From Acidobacteriota bacterium (GTDB taxonomy: Bacteria; Acidobacteriota; Thermoanaerobaculia; Gp7-AA8): a stretch of DNA of 64,000 bases. Within the stretch, counting starts at the first letter, position 1, and every line of letters starts with the position of its first letter. Shown one piece after another: positions 36,777-46,589 of this stretch. The stretch lies in the NCBI GenBank assembly GCA_019244185.1, contig JAFATB010000022.1, forward strand, positions 288,001 to 352,000. The letters are read 5' to 3'. The position numbers and the translations under genes were made by a program. The notes under the pieces were generated by a model. It did not search any database. It was not told where the DNA came from and saw only the letters and a list, made by a program, of their open reading frames with translations.

Positions 36777-39700
36777 TTATGGCACTTCGACGACTTCGTC
36801 ACGGTCGACGTCGACGTACCAGAGCATGCCGCTGCACGCGCGTCCGGTGAGCTCGCGGATGGCGCGGCAGTAGCGCGCCACCTGCTCGCGGTCGCGCGCG
36901 ACGCGGGCGGGCTCGGCGACGCCGCTCTTGTAGTCGACGACGACGTCGTTGCCGTTTTCTCGAATGAGCCGATCGACGCGCCGCTCGACGACGGCACCGT
37001 GCTCGACGAAGCGCAGCGGCAGCTCGCGTCCGACGGTCTCCGCGCGTGCGATGCGCAGCCACGTCGACGAGCGCGCGAGCGTGGTCAGACGCCGGCGTAC
37101 GCGCGCGACCGCGTCGTCGTCCGCCGCCGCCTCGAACGCGAGTTGGCGCAGCAGCGCGTCAACGTCGGACGTGCCGCCCCACAGCTCGAGCACGCGATGG
37201 AGGAGGATGCCGGTGGCGCGGTTGCGCGAGCCGGCGCGGCGCGCGGCGATCTCGCCGGTGCCGAGGCGCGGCGTGTCGGAGGTGAGGACCGGAAGCGTGA
37301 GCGGGACGATGTCGGACGTCGCGAGCGCATGCTCGTGCTGCGCGTCGCGCAGGCGGCGGCGCGTGCGCGCATCCGTCGGCGCGACGGTCATCTTCTCGAA
37401 CGCGACGGGGCCGAACGGCGTCGCGCGCACTTCGCGGCCTTGGTCCGGCCACGACGCGGCGAGGCTCTGGCGATCGCCCTGCAGCGCTTCGAGCAGGCAC
37501 TGATGGAAGCCGACGGAGCGCTTCTCTTCGACGTTGACGACGAAGACCACGTCGGTCATCGCGCGCGTCACGGCGACGTAGAACAGCCGCCGCATCTCCG
37601 CCTTCTCGCGTTGCGTGGCGATCTTCTTCAGCTCCTCGCCGCCGGCGTAGAGGAAGTTCGCGGAGAGCGAGTCCGCGCGCCCGGTGAGCACGAGGCTGCG
37701 CGGCTCCTCGACGGTGAAGAGCTGCATGGCCTCGCTACTGCCGACGCCGAAGGCGAGGTCGGGGAGGATCACCGTCTCGAACTCGAGTCCCTTCGCCGCA
37801 TGCACGGACAAAATGCGCACGGCGTTCTGCGTTTCGTCGAGCAGGCTCGGCTCCGCTTCTTCCACCTCGCCGCGGCGCCGCGCGATCTCGTCGACGAACT
37901 GCCGCACGGAGCCGCCGTAGCGCTGATCGTAGTCGAACGCAATCGCGCGGACGTGTTCGAGGTGGCTGAGGTGCCGCTCGCCGTCCGCCGCCGCGTCGTA
38001 TACGCGCTCGATGTGCGTCGTGGCGAGCACGAGGTCGATGAGCTGCGAGACGGTGAGGTGGCGCGCGCGTTCGCGCAGCGATGCGAGCGTGCGTTCGAAC
38101 GCGCTCCACTCTTCGCCGCGCGCCACGATCTCGACGTCCGTCAGCGCAAAGTACGGCGTGCGCGCCGCCGAGATCTGCGCGCCGCGATCGAACGGATACG
38201 CGATTGCGCGCAGCACCGCGAGCAGATCGACCGGCGCGCGGCGGTCGAGGAACAGCCGCGTCGGCGGCAGCACGTAGTCGATGCCGTGGCGGTCGAAGAC
38301 GTCGAGGTATTCGTCGATGCGCGTCAATCGCCGGAACAGGATCGCGAAGCGCTGCAGATCGCGCTCGCCGCCGTCGCGATGCGCACGGATCCACTCCGCG
38401 ATCGCCTCCGCTTCCGCCGGTCCGCGGTCGTCTTTCTCTTCGGCCGCTGCGTGCAGCAGCGTGACACGCGCATCGAGCTCGCGCCGCGACGCGGGCCGCG
38501 CCGCATGCAGCGCCTTGTACGCCGGGCGGAAGACATTCGGATCGTGCGCCTCCTCGGGGAACAGGCACTCGAACATCGCATTGATCGCGTCGAGCAGCGG
38601 CGGATCGCTGCGGTACTGCTCTTCGAGCCGCCGCCGTTCCGCGCCGCCCGTGACGAGGTCTTCCGTCATGCGGTAGTACGTCTCCGGATCGGCGCGGCGG
38701 AAGCCGTAGATCGACTGCTTCGGATCGCCGACGACGACCGTGCGGCCCGCGACGAAGGCGCCGCTTCCGTCGCGCGCGAGCCGATCGATGATCTGCGCCT
38801 GCGTGCGGTCCGTGTCCTGAAATTCGTCGACGAAGATGAAATCGAACTGCGCGCGCGCCCGCGCCAGCACGTGCTCGTCGTGCAGCACGGCGAGCGTGCG
38901 CAGCAGCAGATCGTCGAAGTCGACGACGCCGAGCTGGCGCTTCTGCGCGTCGAGGTATGCGAGGAAGCGCCGCGTCAGCGCGAGCAGCGCCATCGCCGCG
39001 CGATGACTGGCGAGGCGATCGACGATCGAGTCGCCGCGGTCGCCCGAGCGCAGCACGCGCATCGGCTCCTTGAGCGCGCCGGCCTGCACGAGGTTGATGT
39101 CGCGCATGCGCGCCGCGATCGGCAGCAGGTACTCGATCCAGTCGCCGAGCGTCGCGCCGTCGAACGGCGTTTCGCGCAGATATGCGGCCACGTCGCGGGC
39201 GGCAGGGTCTTTCGGCTGCGCGTCCTCGCGGCGGATCCACAGCACCGCATCCTCGAGCTTCTCGCGCACGAGCTCGAAGCTGCCGAAGTCGTAGCCGTCC
39301 TCCAGCAGCAGATCGCGGCGATTGATCAGCGTGAGGATCACCTCGCGGATCTGAAACAGATACCCGAAGTGCGTGAAGAGCAGCTCCCACTCCGCGACGA
39401 CTTCCGGCGGCGGATCGACGCGCGTTTCCTCGTCGAGCCACGCGTCGTACAGCTGGCCGTAGAGGAGCGAGCGCTCGAAGCCTTCGATGATCTTGAACTG
39501 CGGATCGAGTCCCGCTTCGATCGGGAACGTGCGCAGCAGCGACTGGCAGAACGAATGGATCGTCTGCGAGCGCAGCGCGTCGAGGTTCGCGAGGTGGTGC
39601 GCGATCGCCGCGCGTGCGCCCTCGTCGGCGGTGACGAGCGGATGCGCGGAGCCGACCGGCCACGCGATCGTGTCCGCGTCCGCGAGCTCTTCGAGCGCGC

Positions 39701-39914
39701 CGCGGATGCGGTCGGCGATCTCGCCCGCGGCCTTCTCCGTGAACGTCATCAGCACGATGCGCTCGGGATCGAGCTGCGCGTCGGCGAGGAGGAGCTTGAG
39801 CACTTCCGCGACGATCGCCGTCGTTTTGCCCGTGCCGGCGCCCGCCTCGATGACGAGATTGCGCCGCGCGTTCGTCACCGGCGCGAAGAGAAACGACTGC
39901 TGCTGCGCGCTCAT
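36777..39914 (-). CDS. addA: AddA-like UvrD helicase with C-terminal PD-(D/E)xK nuclease
   Basis: ATG 39914. AGAGTGKT, DEFQD, VGDPKQSIYGFR, VHAAKGLEF, YVAVTRA, VDRL..VVDYKSG. Confidence 0.85.
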   Translation of the reverse strand: MSAQQQSFLFAPVTNARRNLVIEAGAGTGKTTAIVAEVLKLLLADAQLDPERIVLMTFTEKAAGEIADRIRGALEELADADTIAWPVGSAHPLVTADEGARAAIAHHLANLDALRSQTIHSFCQSLLRTFPIEAGLDPQFKIIEGFERSLLYGQLYDAWLDEETRVDPPPEVVAEWELLFTHFGYLFQIREVILTLINRRDLLLEDGYDFGSFELVREKLEDAVLWIRREDAQPKDPAARDVAAYLRETPFDGATLGDWIEYLLPIAARMRDINLVQAGALKEPMRVLRSGDRGDSIVDRLASHRAAMALLALTRRFLAYLDAQKRQLGVVDFDDLLLRTLAVLHDEHVLARARAQFDFIFVDEFQDTDRTQAQIIDRLARDGSGAFVAGRTVVVGDPKQSIYGFRRADPETYYRMTEDLVTGGAERRRLEEQYRSDPPLLDAINAMFECLFPEEAHDPNVFRPAYKALHAARPASRRELDARVTLLHAAAEEKDDRGPAEAEAIAEWIRAHRDGGERDLQRFAILFRRLTRIDEYLDVFDRHGIDYVLPPTRLFLDRRAPVDLLAVLRAIAYPFDRGAQISAARTPYFALTDVEIVARGEEWSAFERTLASLRERARHLTVSQLIDLVLATTHIERVYDAAADGERHLSHLEHVRAIAFDYDQRYGGSVRQFVDEIARRRGEVEEAEPSLLDETQNAVRILSVHAAKGLEFETVILPDLAFGVGSSEAMQLFTVEEPRSLVLTGRADSLSANFLYAGGEELKKIATQREKAEMRRLFYVAVTRAMTDVVFVVNVEEKRSVGFHQCLLEALQGDRQSLAASWPDQGREVRATPFGPVAFEKMTVAPTDARTRRRLRDAQHEHALATSDIVPLTLPVLTSDTPRLGTGEIAARRAGSRNRATGILLHRVLELWGGTSDVDALLRQLAFEAAADDDAVARVRRRLTTLARSSTWLRIARAETVGRELPLRFVEHGAVVERRVDRLIRENGNDVVVDYKSGVAEPARVARDREQVARYCRAIRELTGRACSGMLWYVDVDRDEVVEVP

Positions 39915-42676
39915 GACGGCTCCTGCGCGCCTCCGCCGAGGAGTGTCCGCGGATCGTGAAACGGCTGCAGCGCGCGGCGCTCGTCCGCGTCGTGTTTCGT
40001 GCGGCACGAATGGTTCACCGGGCAGTACTTGCACGAGTTGAACTGATCGTCTTTCTCGTTCGGAAAGGCGGGGAACGCGCCGGCCGCGATCGCGCGCGCG
40101 AAGATGGCCAGCGTCTCGAGAATGCCGTCGCGTTTCTCGTGCAGCGCGAAGCCGAACTTCCCTTTGCCGTTGCCGGCGATCGGGCGGATCGTGCCGCTGA
40201 CCTGTTTCGCGTCGGCGCCGAAGAACTCCGCGACGGCCATCGCGTACAGCGCGAGCTGCAGCCGCACGCCGCGATCGATCTTCGTGGCGAGGTTGTCGTG
40301 GCGCAGCGCCTTGCCGGACTTGTAGTCGACGATGCGAAAGCGGCCGTCGTCCGCGGCGTCGATGCGGTCGATGGTCCCTTCGACGCGCAGCGGCGCGCCT
40401 CCAGTCTCGACGACGAACGCCTCGGTGCGATCGGCGCGCTCGCGATGCTTGCCGCCGAACTTGTACTCGAACCAGCGCGGCACGAGCCCCTGCGCGTCGA
40501 GGTCGGCGAGGTCGTACGTGAGGAACTGCCGCAGGATGCGCTTCGTGGCGCGGCGCTCGATGTCGCGAATGGCACGGTTGAACGGCGGCGTGGTGCGGTC
40601 GATCTCGTCGAACTGCGCGTCTACGACGCCGTCGAGCCGCTCCACGAACGCGCGCGGCAACTGCGGCAGCGACGCGGCCGCGTCGGCGATCTCGGCGGGC
40701 GGCGTGGCGCGGTAGAAACGCTCCAGGATGCGGTGATCGACGATGCCTTTCTCGCGGTGATGGATCTGCAGCTCGCGCTCGGGATGATCGATGTCTTCGA
40801 CGCCGAGGATGTGCTTGAGGAGGAACTTGTGCGGACACTCGCCGAAGTCTTCGAGCTGCGTCGGCGAGAGCGCCGCGAGCGGCGGCGGCGGAGGGACGTA
40901 GCCGTCGAAGGACGAGCGCGTCCCGGCTTTCGCGAGCAGCTGCAGTTGGCGCTCCGACGCGCGTTCGGAATGCGCGACGCTCGTGCGCGGACGCGTCTCA
41001 TTCGCGATGCCGCGCAGATAGCGCGAAGGCCGCAGCACTTTGCCGAATCCGTCGCCGGCGGCGAAGCTGAAGTGGAGGTCGTTCGCGGCGTCGTGCACGA
41101 GGCCGAAGAGCAGCGCTTCCTCGTCGCGGCCGTCGCCGATGAGGCGCAGTCCGAGCGTGCGGCGATCGGCATCGGGCAGCAGCGGATCTTCGGTGCGGCG
41201 CTGCGGGAAAACGTCGTCCTGCATGCGCACGACGAACAGGTGTTCGAATGAGCGGCCGCGGAAGCGCATCACGTCGCCGGCCCAGATGCCGTTGCGCGTT
41301 GACGTCCTCAACGTCTCGTGCTCGATGGCGTCGATGGCCGCCGCCGCGTCGATACCGCGCGTCCAGATCGCGGCGCGGCGGAAGAGTGCGGCCACGTCGT
41401 CGAGCTTCTGCGCGGCGGCGAGGTCGGACTCGGTCTCGATGCGAAAGAGGCTACCGAGGCTCGCGAGGTCGAGCGACGCGGTGAGCGTCTCCAGCTCCGC
41501 GACGAGCGTGATGTAGTCGTCGAGCTCGCGCGTGCGCCGTGCGATCGCGCGCAACTCATCGCTCGTGCCGCCGGCGATGCGCGCCTTGCGCGTGGCGGCG
41601 TCGACCGCGTCGACGTCGAGCTGCGTTTCGATGTGCAATCCGTCGCGCACGAGCTCGAGCACGTCCGCGCGCGGAAAGCCGCGCTCGCGCAGCTTGAGCA
41701 GCGTCACCGCGCCACGGCCGAGGCGATGCGCGATGAGCGGCGTCTCCTCGGCGATCGTCGTCGTGAAGCCGTGATCTTTCGCAAGACGCTGGATGAGCCG
41801 CGCGTCGTACGGTTCGAGCGAGCGCGCCACGATGCCGATCGCGTGTGGCGGCGTGCCGTTCGCGAGCAGCTCCGCGATCTGCGCGCAGACGTCGCGCAGC
41901 TCGTCGTACGGCGTGTCGTACTTCGTCGCGCGCGTGTGCGGCTGCGGGCGCGGCGGCATCGTCTCGTGCACGTCGAAGGCGCGGAGAAACGGCTGCGCGA
42001 AGGCGGCGTCGGTCGGGATGTAGACGTCGACGTCGATGTGGCTGCCGGCGATGCCGCGGACGAGCGCGAGCTGCGCGCCGGTCATGTCATAGAAGCCGGC
42101 CACGAGCTGTCGCGGCACGCGCGCGCCGCTCGCGAGGAGGCGCGTGGCGCTCATGAGCAAATCGGCGGGATCGATGGCGCGCAGCTGCGAAATGAGGCGC
42201 TCGTACTCGGTCCACGCGCGGACGATTGCGTCGGTGCGTCGCGCGTTGCGCAGCGCGCGCGTCGACTTGATGCGCGACTGCAGTTCGGCGAGCGTCACGC
42301 CGCCGTCGCGCACGTCGCGATAGGAGCGCTCGAGCATCGTCGCGACGCCGCGGCTCTCCATCAGCGGATGATCGACGGCCCGCACGGCCATGCGCATGGC
42401 CAGGCGCCGCTCCGCGTCGCTGGCCACGCGTGGGAACTGACCGTTTGCGTTCAGGATGCGCGCCGCGAGCTCGTCGATGCGTTGCAGGCGCAGCGCGGCG
42501 ATCCCGTGCGGAAAGTGTTCGAGGAGCGCCTCGGCGATCGCCTCGGCCATTCCGCGCGACGGCACGAGCACGTCCGCGGGCCACGGCGCGAGCGGATCGC
42601 TGCCGCGTTCCGCGGCGAGGCGGGCGGCGATCTCGAGAGCGATGGTGCGATAAGGGGCGAGCCGGACGACGGGCAT
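39911..42676 (-). CDS. addB: AddB-like protein (inactive helicase scaffold + Fe-S PD-(D/E)xK nuclease)
   Basis: LSPTQLEDFGECP; GTIDRID..IVDYKSG; LQLALY; CKYCPVNHSC. Coupled to addA. Confidence 0.82.
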   Translation of the reverse strand: MPVVRLAPYRTIALEIAARLAAERGSDPLAPWPADVLVPSRGMAEAIAEALLEHFPHGIAALRLQRIDELAARILNANGQFPRVASDAERRLAMRMAVRAVDHPLMESRGVATMLERSYRDVRDGGVTLAELQSRIKSTRALRNARRTDAIVRAWTEYERLISQLRAIDPADLLMSATRLLASGARVPRQLVAGFYDMTGAQLALVRGIAGSHIDVDVYIPTDAAFAQPFLRAFDVHETMPPRPQPHTRATKYDTPYDELRDVCAQIAELLANGTPPHAIGIVARSLEPYDARLIQRLAKDHGFTTTIAEETPLIAHRLGRGAVTLLKLRERGFPRADVLELVRDGLHIETQLDVDAVDAATRKARIAGGTSDELRAIARRTRELDDYITLVAELETLTASLDLASLGSLFRIETESDLAAAQKLDDVAALFRRAAIWTRGIDAAAAIDAIEHETLRTSTRNGIWAGDVMRFRGRSFEHLFVVRMQDDVFPQRRTEDPLLPDADRRTLGLRLIGDGRDEEALLFGLVHDAANDLHFSFAAGDGFGKVLRPSRYLRGIANETRPRTSVAHSERASERQLQLLAKAGTRSSFDGYVPPPPPLAALSPTQLEDFGECPHKFLLKHILGVEDIDHPERELQIHHREKGIVDHRILERFYRATPPAEIADAAASLPQLPRAFVERLDGVVDAQFDEIDRTTPPFNRAIRDIERRATKRILRQFLTYDLADLDAQGLVPRWFEYKFGGKHRERADRTEAFVVETGGAPLRVEGTIDRIDAADDGRFRIVDYKSGKALRHDNLATKIDRGVRLQLALYAMAVAEFFGADAKQVSGTIRPIAGNGKGKFGFALHEKRDGILETLAIFARAIAAGAFPAFPNEKDDQFNSCKYCPVNHSCRTKHDADERRALQPFHDPRTLLGGGAQEPS

Positions 42677-42772
42677 GAAGTTATTGCGATTCTAGCAGTT
42701 GAGCCGTCCGCGCCGGGCGTGCACGGAATTGGCAATCGGGCTCCGAAGTGGTTCATCAGATAATGCCCGCCG

Positions 42773-43252
42773 ATGGGAAAACGCCGCGTGCACGTGATCG
42801 TCGTGCGCAAGCCGGTCACGTTCGCCTTCCTCGCCGCCACCACGCTGGCGATGGCGGCGCTGCTCTGGTTTCTCTCGGGGAAGGCCTACGCGGCGGACGA
42901 GCATCCGGTGCGCGAGCTGCTGGGTCGCGCGTTCGGCTCGCGGCGCGCGCCGCTCTCGCGCGACGCGCTGCTGGCCTTTCTCATGCCCGTCATCGCGAAC
43001 ATGCTGCTGTTCGTCCCGTGGGGCTTCTTCTCGTTCCTGGCACTCGACCGCACCTCGCGATCGCGCGCGCGGACGTACGCGATGACGCTCGTCGCCGCGC
43101 TCGTGCTCGCGGCGGCGATGAATCTCTGGCAACAGTTTCTGCCGACGCGCGTGATCTCGCCGTTCGACCTCTTCGCGAACGGCGCGGGCGCGCTCGGCGG
43201 CGCGGCGCTGGGGCACGCGCGCAAGGGGCTGCGCGTCACCTTCGACTTCTGA
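42773..43252 (+). CDS. VanZ-like membrane protein
   Basis: NMLLFVPWGF; QFLPTR..DLFANGAGA. Confidence 0.75.
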   Translation: MGKRRVHVIVVRKPVTFAFLAATTLAMAALLWFLSGKAYAADEHPVRELLGRAFGSRRAPLSRDALLAFLMPVIANMLLFVPWGFFSFLALDRTSRSRARTYAMTLVAALVLAAAMNLWQQFLPTRVISPFDLFANGAGALGGAALGHARKGLRVTFDF

Positions 43253-43262
43253 GGGACCCTCG

Positions 43263-43634
43263 ATGATCCTGGTGGTGGAAGACGATCCGCAGGTCTCGCG
43301 TCTCATCTCGCTGGTCCTGCAGCGGAACGGATACGAGTCGCACGTCGTGGCCGACGGCCACAGCGCGCTGGCCGCCGCGCGCGAGTTGTGCCCGGTCATG
43401 ATCTTCGCCGACCTGACGATCAAGGGCATGGCCGGCGACGCGCTCTGCAGCACGCTCAAGTCGCTGCCGGAAACGAAAGAAATCCCATACGTGGTCGTCT
43501 CCGGCGACCGCGACATCGCTGAAAAGGCACGCATTTGCGGCGCCGACGACTACATGGGCAAACCTTTTGAATTCGAGGACCTGATTCGTCTCGTCAAAAA
43601 ATATGCAAGAGCTGAAAGCCGAAAAGCCGATTGA
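43263..43634 (+). CDS. Single-domain response regulator
   Basis: LVVEDD; IFAD; GADDYMGKPF. SD GAGGG. Confidence 0.85.
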   Translation: MILVVEDDPQVSRLISLVLQRNGYESHVVADGHSALAAARELCPVMIFADLTIKGMAGDALCSTLKSLPETKEIPYVVVSGDRDIAEKARICGADDYMGKPFEFEDLIRLVKKYARAESRKAD

Positions 43635-44220
43635 GTCTCCCGCGGGCACCGATCCCGTGCTGCGACTCCTCGAGCGCCTCTCCGAAGAAGGATTCACCAC
43701 CGAGCAAGGGCCGGAGTGGTGGGACGAGTACGGCGAGGTGATCTATCGCCGCGACGAACATCTGCCTCTCACCAAAGGCGAGACCGTCTTCATCTTCACG
43801 CGCATCCCCGAGCTGAACGAGCGCATCCTCCGCCAGACCTCGGAGTCGGTCGTGCAGACGTACCGCGCGAAGTCGGCCACGCAGATGGCGCTGTCCGTGC
43901 TGCAGTCGACGACCGTCTATCACTGCCTCGTCTGCACGAACGACGAGCCGCACAACGAGCCGCTCAGCGAGTACATCACCCGCAGCGGCGGCGCGACGTT
44001 CATCCCGGTCGTGATCGTGCCCGGCATCAACGAGGTTGTTTATCCCAATCTCGAGGACAAGGTCGGCGTGGTCCGGCCGCGCGTCGAGTACCTCCAGTAC
44101 CTCCTCGGCGAACGGCGCGAGCCGGTGAACATGCACAAGACCACCGTGCAGGCGCTCTGGATCTCGCTCGCCATCGTGGCGCTGCTGCTGGTTGCGGTGA
44201 TCTTCTCGTTCGTGACGTAG
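43603..44220 (+). CDS. Hypothetical protein with C-terminal TM anchor
   Basis: Coding-like codon usage and a hydrophobic C-terminus. Confidence 0.65.
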   Translation: MQELKAEKPIESPAGTDPVLRLLERLSEEGFTTEQGPEWWDEYGEVIYRRDEHLPLTKGETVFIFTRIPELNERILRQTSESVVQTYRAKSATQMALSVLQSTTVYHCLVCTNDEPHNEPLSEYITRSGGATFIPVVIVPGINEVVYPNLEDKVGVVRPRVEYLQYLLGERREPVNMHKTTVQALWISLAIVALLLVAVIFSFVT

Positions 44221-44230
44221 CATCTCCGGC

Positions 44231-45496
44231 GTGAGCGTCACGAACCGCTCCGCCGGTTTGCTGCTGTTGGGATGCGGCGTCGCGCTCGCGCTGTTCGCGT
44301 CGTGGACGGTCGATCGTCGCACCGACGCCGAGCTCGCCGCCGATTACGGCGCGCGCGCCAGCCGGTCGCTCGTCGAGTACTGGCTCGCGCACGGCTATTT
44401 CGATTCCGGCGGATTGCTGATCTTCACGGCGCCGAATGAGCCGGCCGTCGTCTACCGGAATTCGACCGGCGGCGAGCTCGTGACCGCGTTCGTCGCCGAG
44501 AAACTGCACGGCGGCTTCAGCGCGCGCCTCCTCGCGTGGCACAACCTCATCGTGCTGATGCTCGCGTCGACGTGCGTGGCGCTGCTCGGCTTTCGTCTGT
44601 CGCGCATGCTCGACACGCCGCCGCTCCACGCGCTCGCCCTCGCGGCGGCGTCGCAGGCCGTCTTCTTCACGTTCCCTGACAATCTCGCCACGTACTGGCA
44701 CATGTCGTCCTGGGTGTTCTGGATCGCATTCGTCTGTATGTTCTTCGCACTCGACGATCGCTCGCCGCTCTTGCAGGCCGTCGCGCTGTTCGTCGCCGCG
44801 TACATGGAATTCGTGGCCGGCATCTTCTTCGCGCTCGCATACGTCGGCGTCACACTGCTGCTCGATGGCCCGCGTACGTTGCGCCGCACGGTGACGACCG
44901 TCGTCGCGCCGACGTGCCTCGCGCTCGCGGTGTTCGGCGCGCAACTGTTGTGGATCCGCGCGCATCACCCCGAACTGCCGCGCAAGGGGAGCGGCTTCGC
45001 ATACCGCAGCGGACTCGATGGCGGCTCGCGCGACGTCTATCGCGATCAACGCGACATCGCCTTCGGCCGCGACCACGTGCGCGACGGCTTCCGCCGCGCC
45101 GGCTTCACGAACGTCGCGCAGCTCTTTCGCTGGCCCTGGCTCTTCGCCGGCGGCGTGCTCGCGTTCGTCGCCACGCTCATCGCCGCCACCCGCGGCCGCA
45201 TCCCGCGCCGCGCGCTCATCGTCCTGCTGTCGCTCGTCGCCTGCTACGTCCTCTACGCCGCCGTCTTCAGCCAGGCCGTCGCCCTGCATCCGTACTTTTT
45301 CGACCTGCTCCTCTTCACACCGCTGATGCTCGCGCTGTTCGTCCTCGTGCCGTCGGCGCTCGAGACGATGACCACGCAGCGCGGCATCGTCGTCATCGCC
45401 GTACTGCTGCTCGCGGTCTGGATCTCGATGCTGCAGGTGCGGCGCTACGCGCTGCAATATCCGGCGGCGGCGCCGGCGGTCCGTGCGCCTTCCTGA
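44231..45496 (+). CDS. Polytopic membrane protein, possibly GT-C-like
   Basis: Many TMs with a soluble loop after TM1. Confidence 0.55.
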   Translation: MSVTNRSAGLLLLGCGVALALFASWTVDRRTDAELAADYGARASRSLVEYWLAHGYFDSGGLLIFTAPNEPAVVYRNSTGGELVTAFVAEKLHGGFSARLLAWHNLIVLMLASTCVALLGFRLSRMLDTPPLHALALAAASQAVFFTFPDNLATYWHMSSWVFWIAFVCMFFALDDRSPLLQAVALFVAAYMEFVAGIFFALAYVGVTLLLDGPRTLRRTVTTVVAPTCLALAVFGAQLLWIRAHHPELPRKGSGFAYRSGLDGGSRDVYRDQRDIAFGRDHVRDGFRRAGFTNVAQLFRWPWLFAGGVLAFVATLIAATRGRIPRRALIVLLSLVACYVLYAAVFSQAVALHPYFFDLLLFTPLMLALFVLVPSALETMTTQRGIVVIAVLLLAVWISMLQVRRYALQYPAAAPAVRAPS

Positions 45497-45519
45497 CAAC
45501 GGGTACAATCCGCCGCGCC

Positions 45520-46581
45520 ATGGCCTTTTCGCTTCGGCCGAAGGATGTTTTCGACGAGCTGCGCAAGACTGTCGTCGGACAGGATGACGCCATCCGCGAG
45601 ATTTCCGTCGCGCTGGTGAAGCATCTCGTCGGGCATCCGGCGCCGAACCTGCTCCTCGTCGGTAACTCGGGCTCGGGGAAGACGACGCTCATGCGCTCCG
45701 TCGAGCAGTTCCTCTCGCGGACGCCGGGGCTGCGCGAGTACGCGAACGTCGTGCGCCTCAACGCGAACGTGCTCGCCGAAGAACGCCAGGGCTACGGCAA
45801 AGTGGTCCTCGGGCGGCTCTACGCGAACGCGAAGAAGATGCTCGGCGCGAACGCGTCGCGCGACGACCTCGTGCGCGCCGTCGAGCGTGGCATCGTGTTC
45901 ATCGACGAAGTCGACAAGATCCGCGCGGACGTGCGCGGCGAGCCGAACGTGCGCGGCATCGTCGCGCAGGAAGCGCTGCTGACGCTGATGGAGAACGAGA
46001 ACGTCGACTTCGAGGCCGATGGCGACACCTTCCTCATCAACTCCGCGCACGTGCTCTTCGTCGCCGCTGGCGCGTTCGAAGAGCTGTACGAGTCCGTCCT
46101 CCGCCGCGCGACGCTCGGGCAGGATGTGACGCCGATGAAGCCGGTCGTCGTCGTCTCGGCGTCGGGCGAAGTGCGCGAGGAGTTGCCGTTCCATCTCGCC
46201 GACTACCTCAAGTACGACGACCTCTTTCGCTACGGCATGACCCCGCAGTTCGTTTCGCGCTTCGAGGCCATCGTCGTGCTCAACGATCTCGGCGAAGGCG
46301 ACCTCGCGCGCATCTTCGTCGAGCCCGAGGGCTCGATTTTTCGCACGTCGCGCGAATACTTCCGCCGCTTCGGCATCGACCTGCAGATCACGCGCAACGC
46401 GCTCATCGCCATCGCCTGGGATGCGTCGCGCCAGAAGCGCCTCGGCGCGCGCGCGTTGCGCGAGACGTTCCGCCGCGTCATCCGCGGACTCGAGTTCGAG
46501 CCGGCCGCCGCGGGCGTCCTCACCATCGACGAAGACATGGTCAAGCGCGCCATCGCCGCGCGCGAGTCCGGAACTCGCTAA
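45520..46581 (+). CDS. Divergent ClpX-like AAA+ ATPase
   Basis: ATG 45520. VVGQDDA; NLLLVGNSGSGKT; GIVFIDEVDKI; QEALLTLME; LGARALR. Confidence 0.8.
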   Translation: MAFSLRPKDVFDELRKTVVGQDDAIREISVALVKHLVGHPAPNLLLVGNSGSGKTTLMRSVEQFLSRTPGLREYANVVRLNANVLAEERQGYGKVVLGRLYANAKKMLGANASRDDLVRAVERGIVFIDEVDKIRADVRGEPNVRGIVAQEALLTLMENENVDFEADGDTFLINSAHVLFVAAGAFEELYESVLRRATLGQDVTPMKPVVVVSASGEVREELPFHLADYLKYDDLFRYGMTPQFVSRFEAIVVLNDLGEGDLARIFVEPEGSIFRTSREYFRRFGIDLQITRNALIAIAWDASRQKRLGARALRETFRRVIRGLEFEPAAAGVLTIDEDMVKRAIAARESGTR

Positions 46582-46589
46582 GACATCAC

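Noticed and set aside
36078-39959. Long alternative-frame ORFs (e.g. 1293 aa at 36078-39959; also 51283-54039, 49109-51361, 6642-8732, 20626-22797)
   Set aside because: They are antisense or off-frame shadows of well-supported genes, Arg/Ala-rich with no motifs, and expected in high-GC DNA.
36777-42676. Helicase-nuclease pair as a novel defence system
   Set aside because: Motifs, order and the Fe-S cysteines match ordinary AddAB-type recombination repair.
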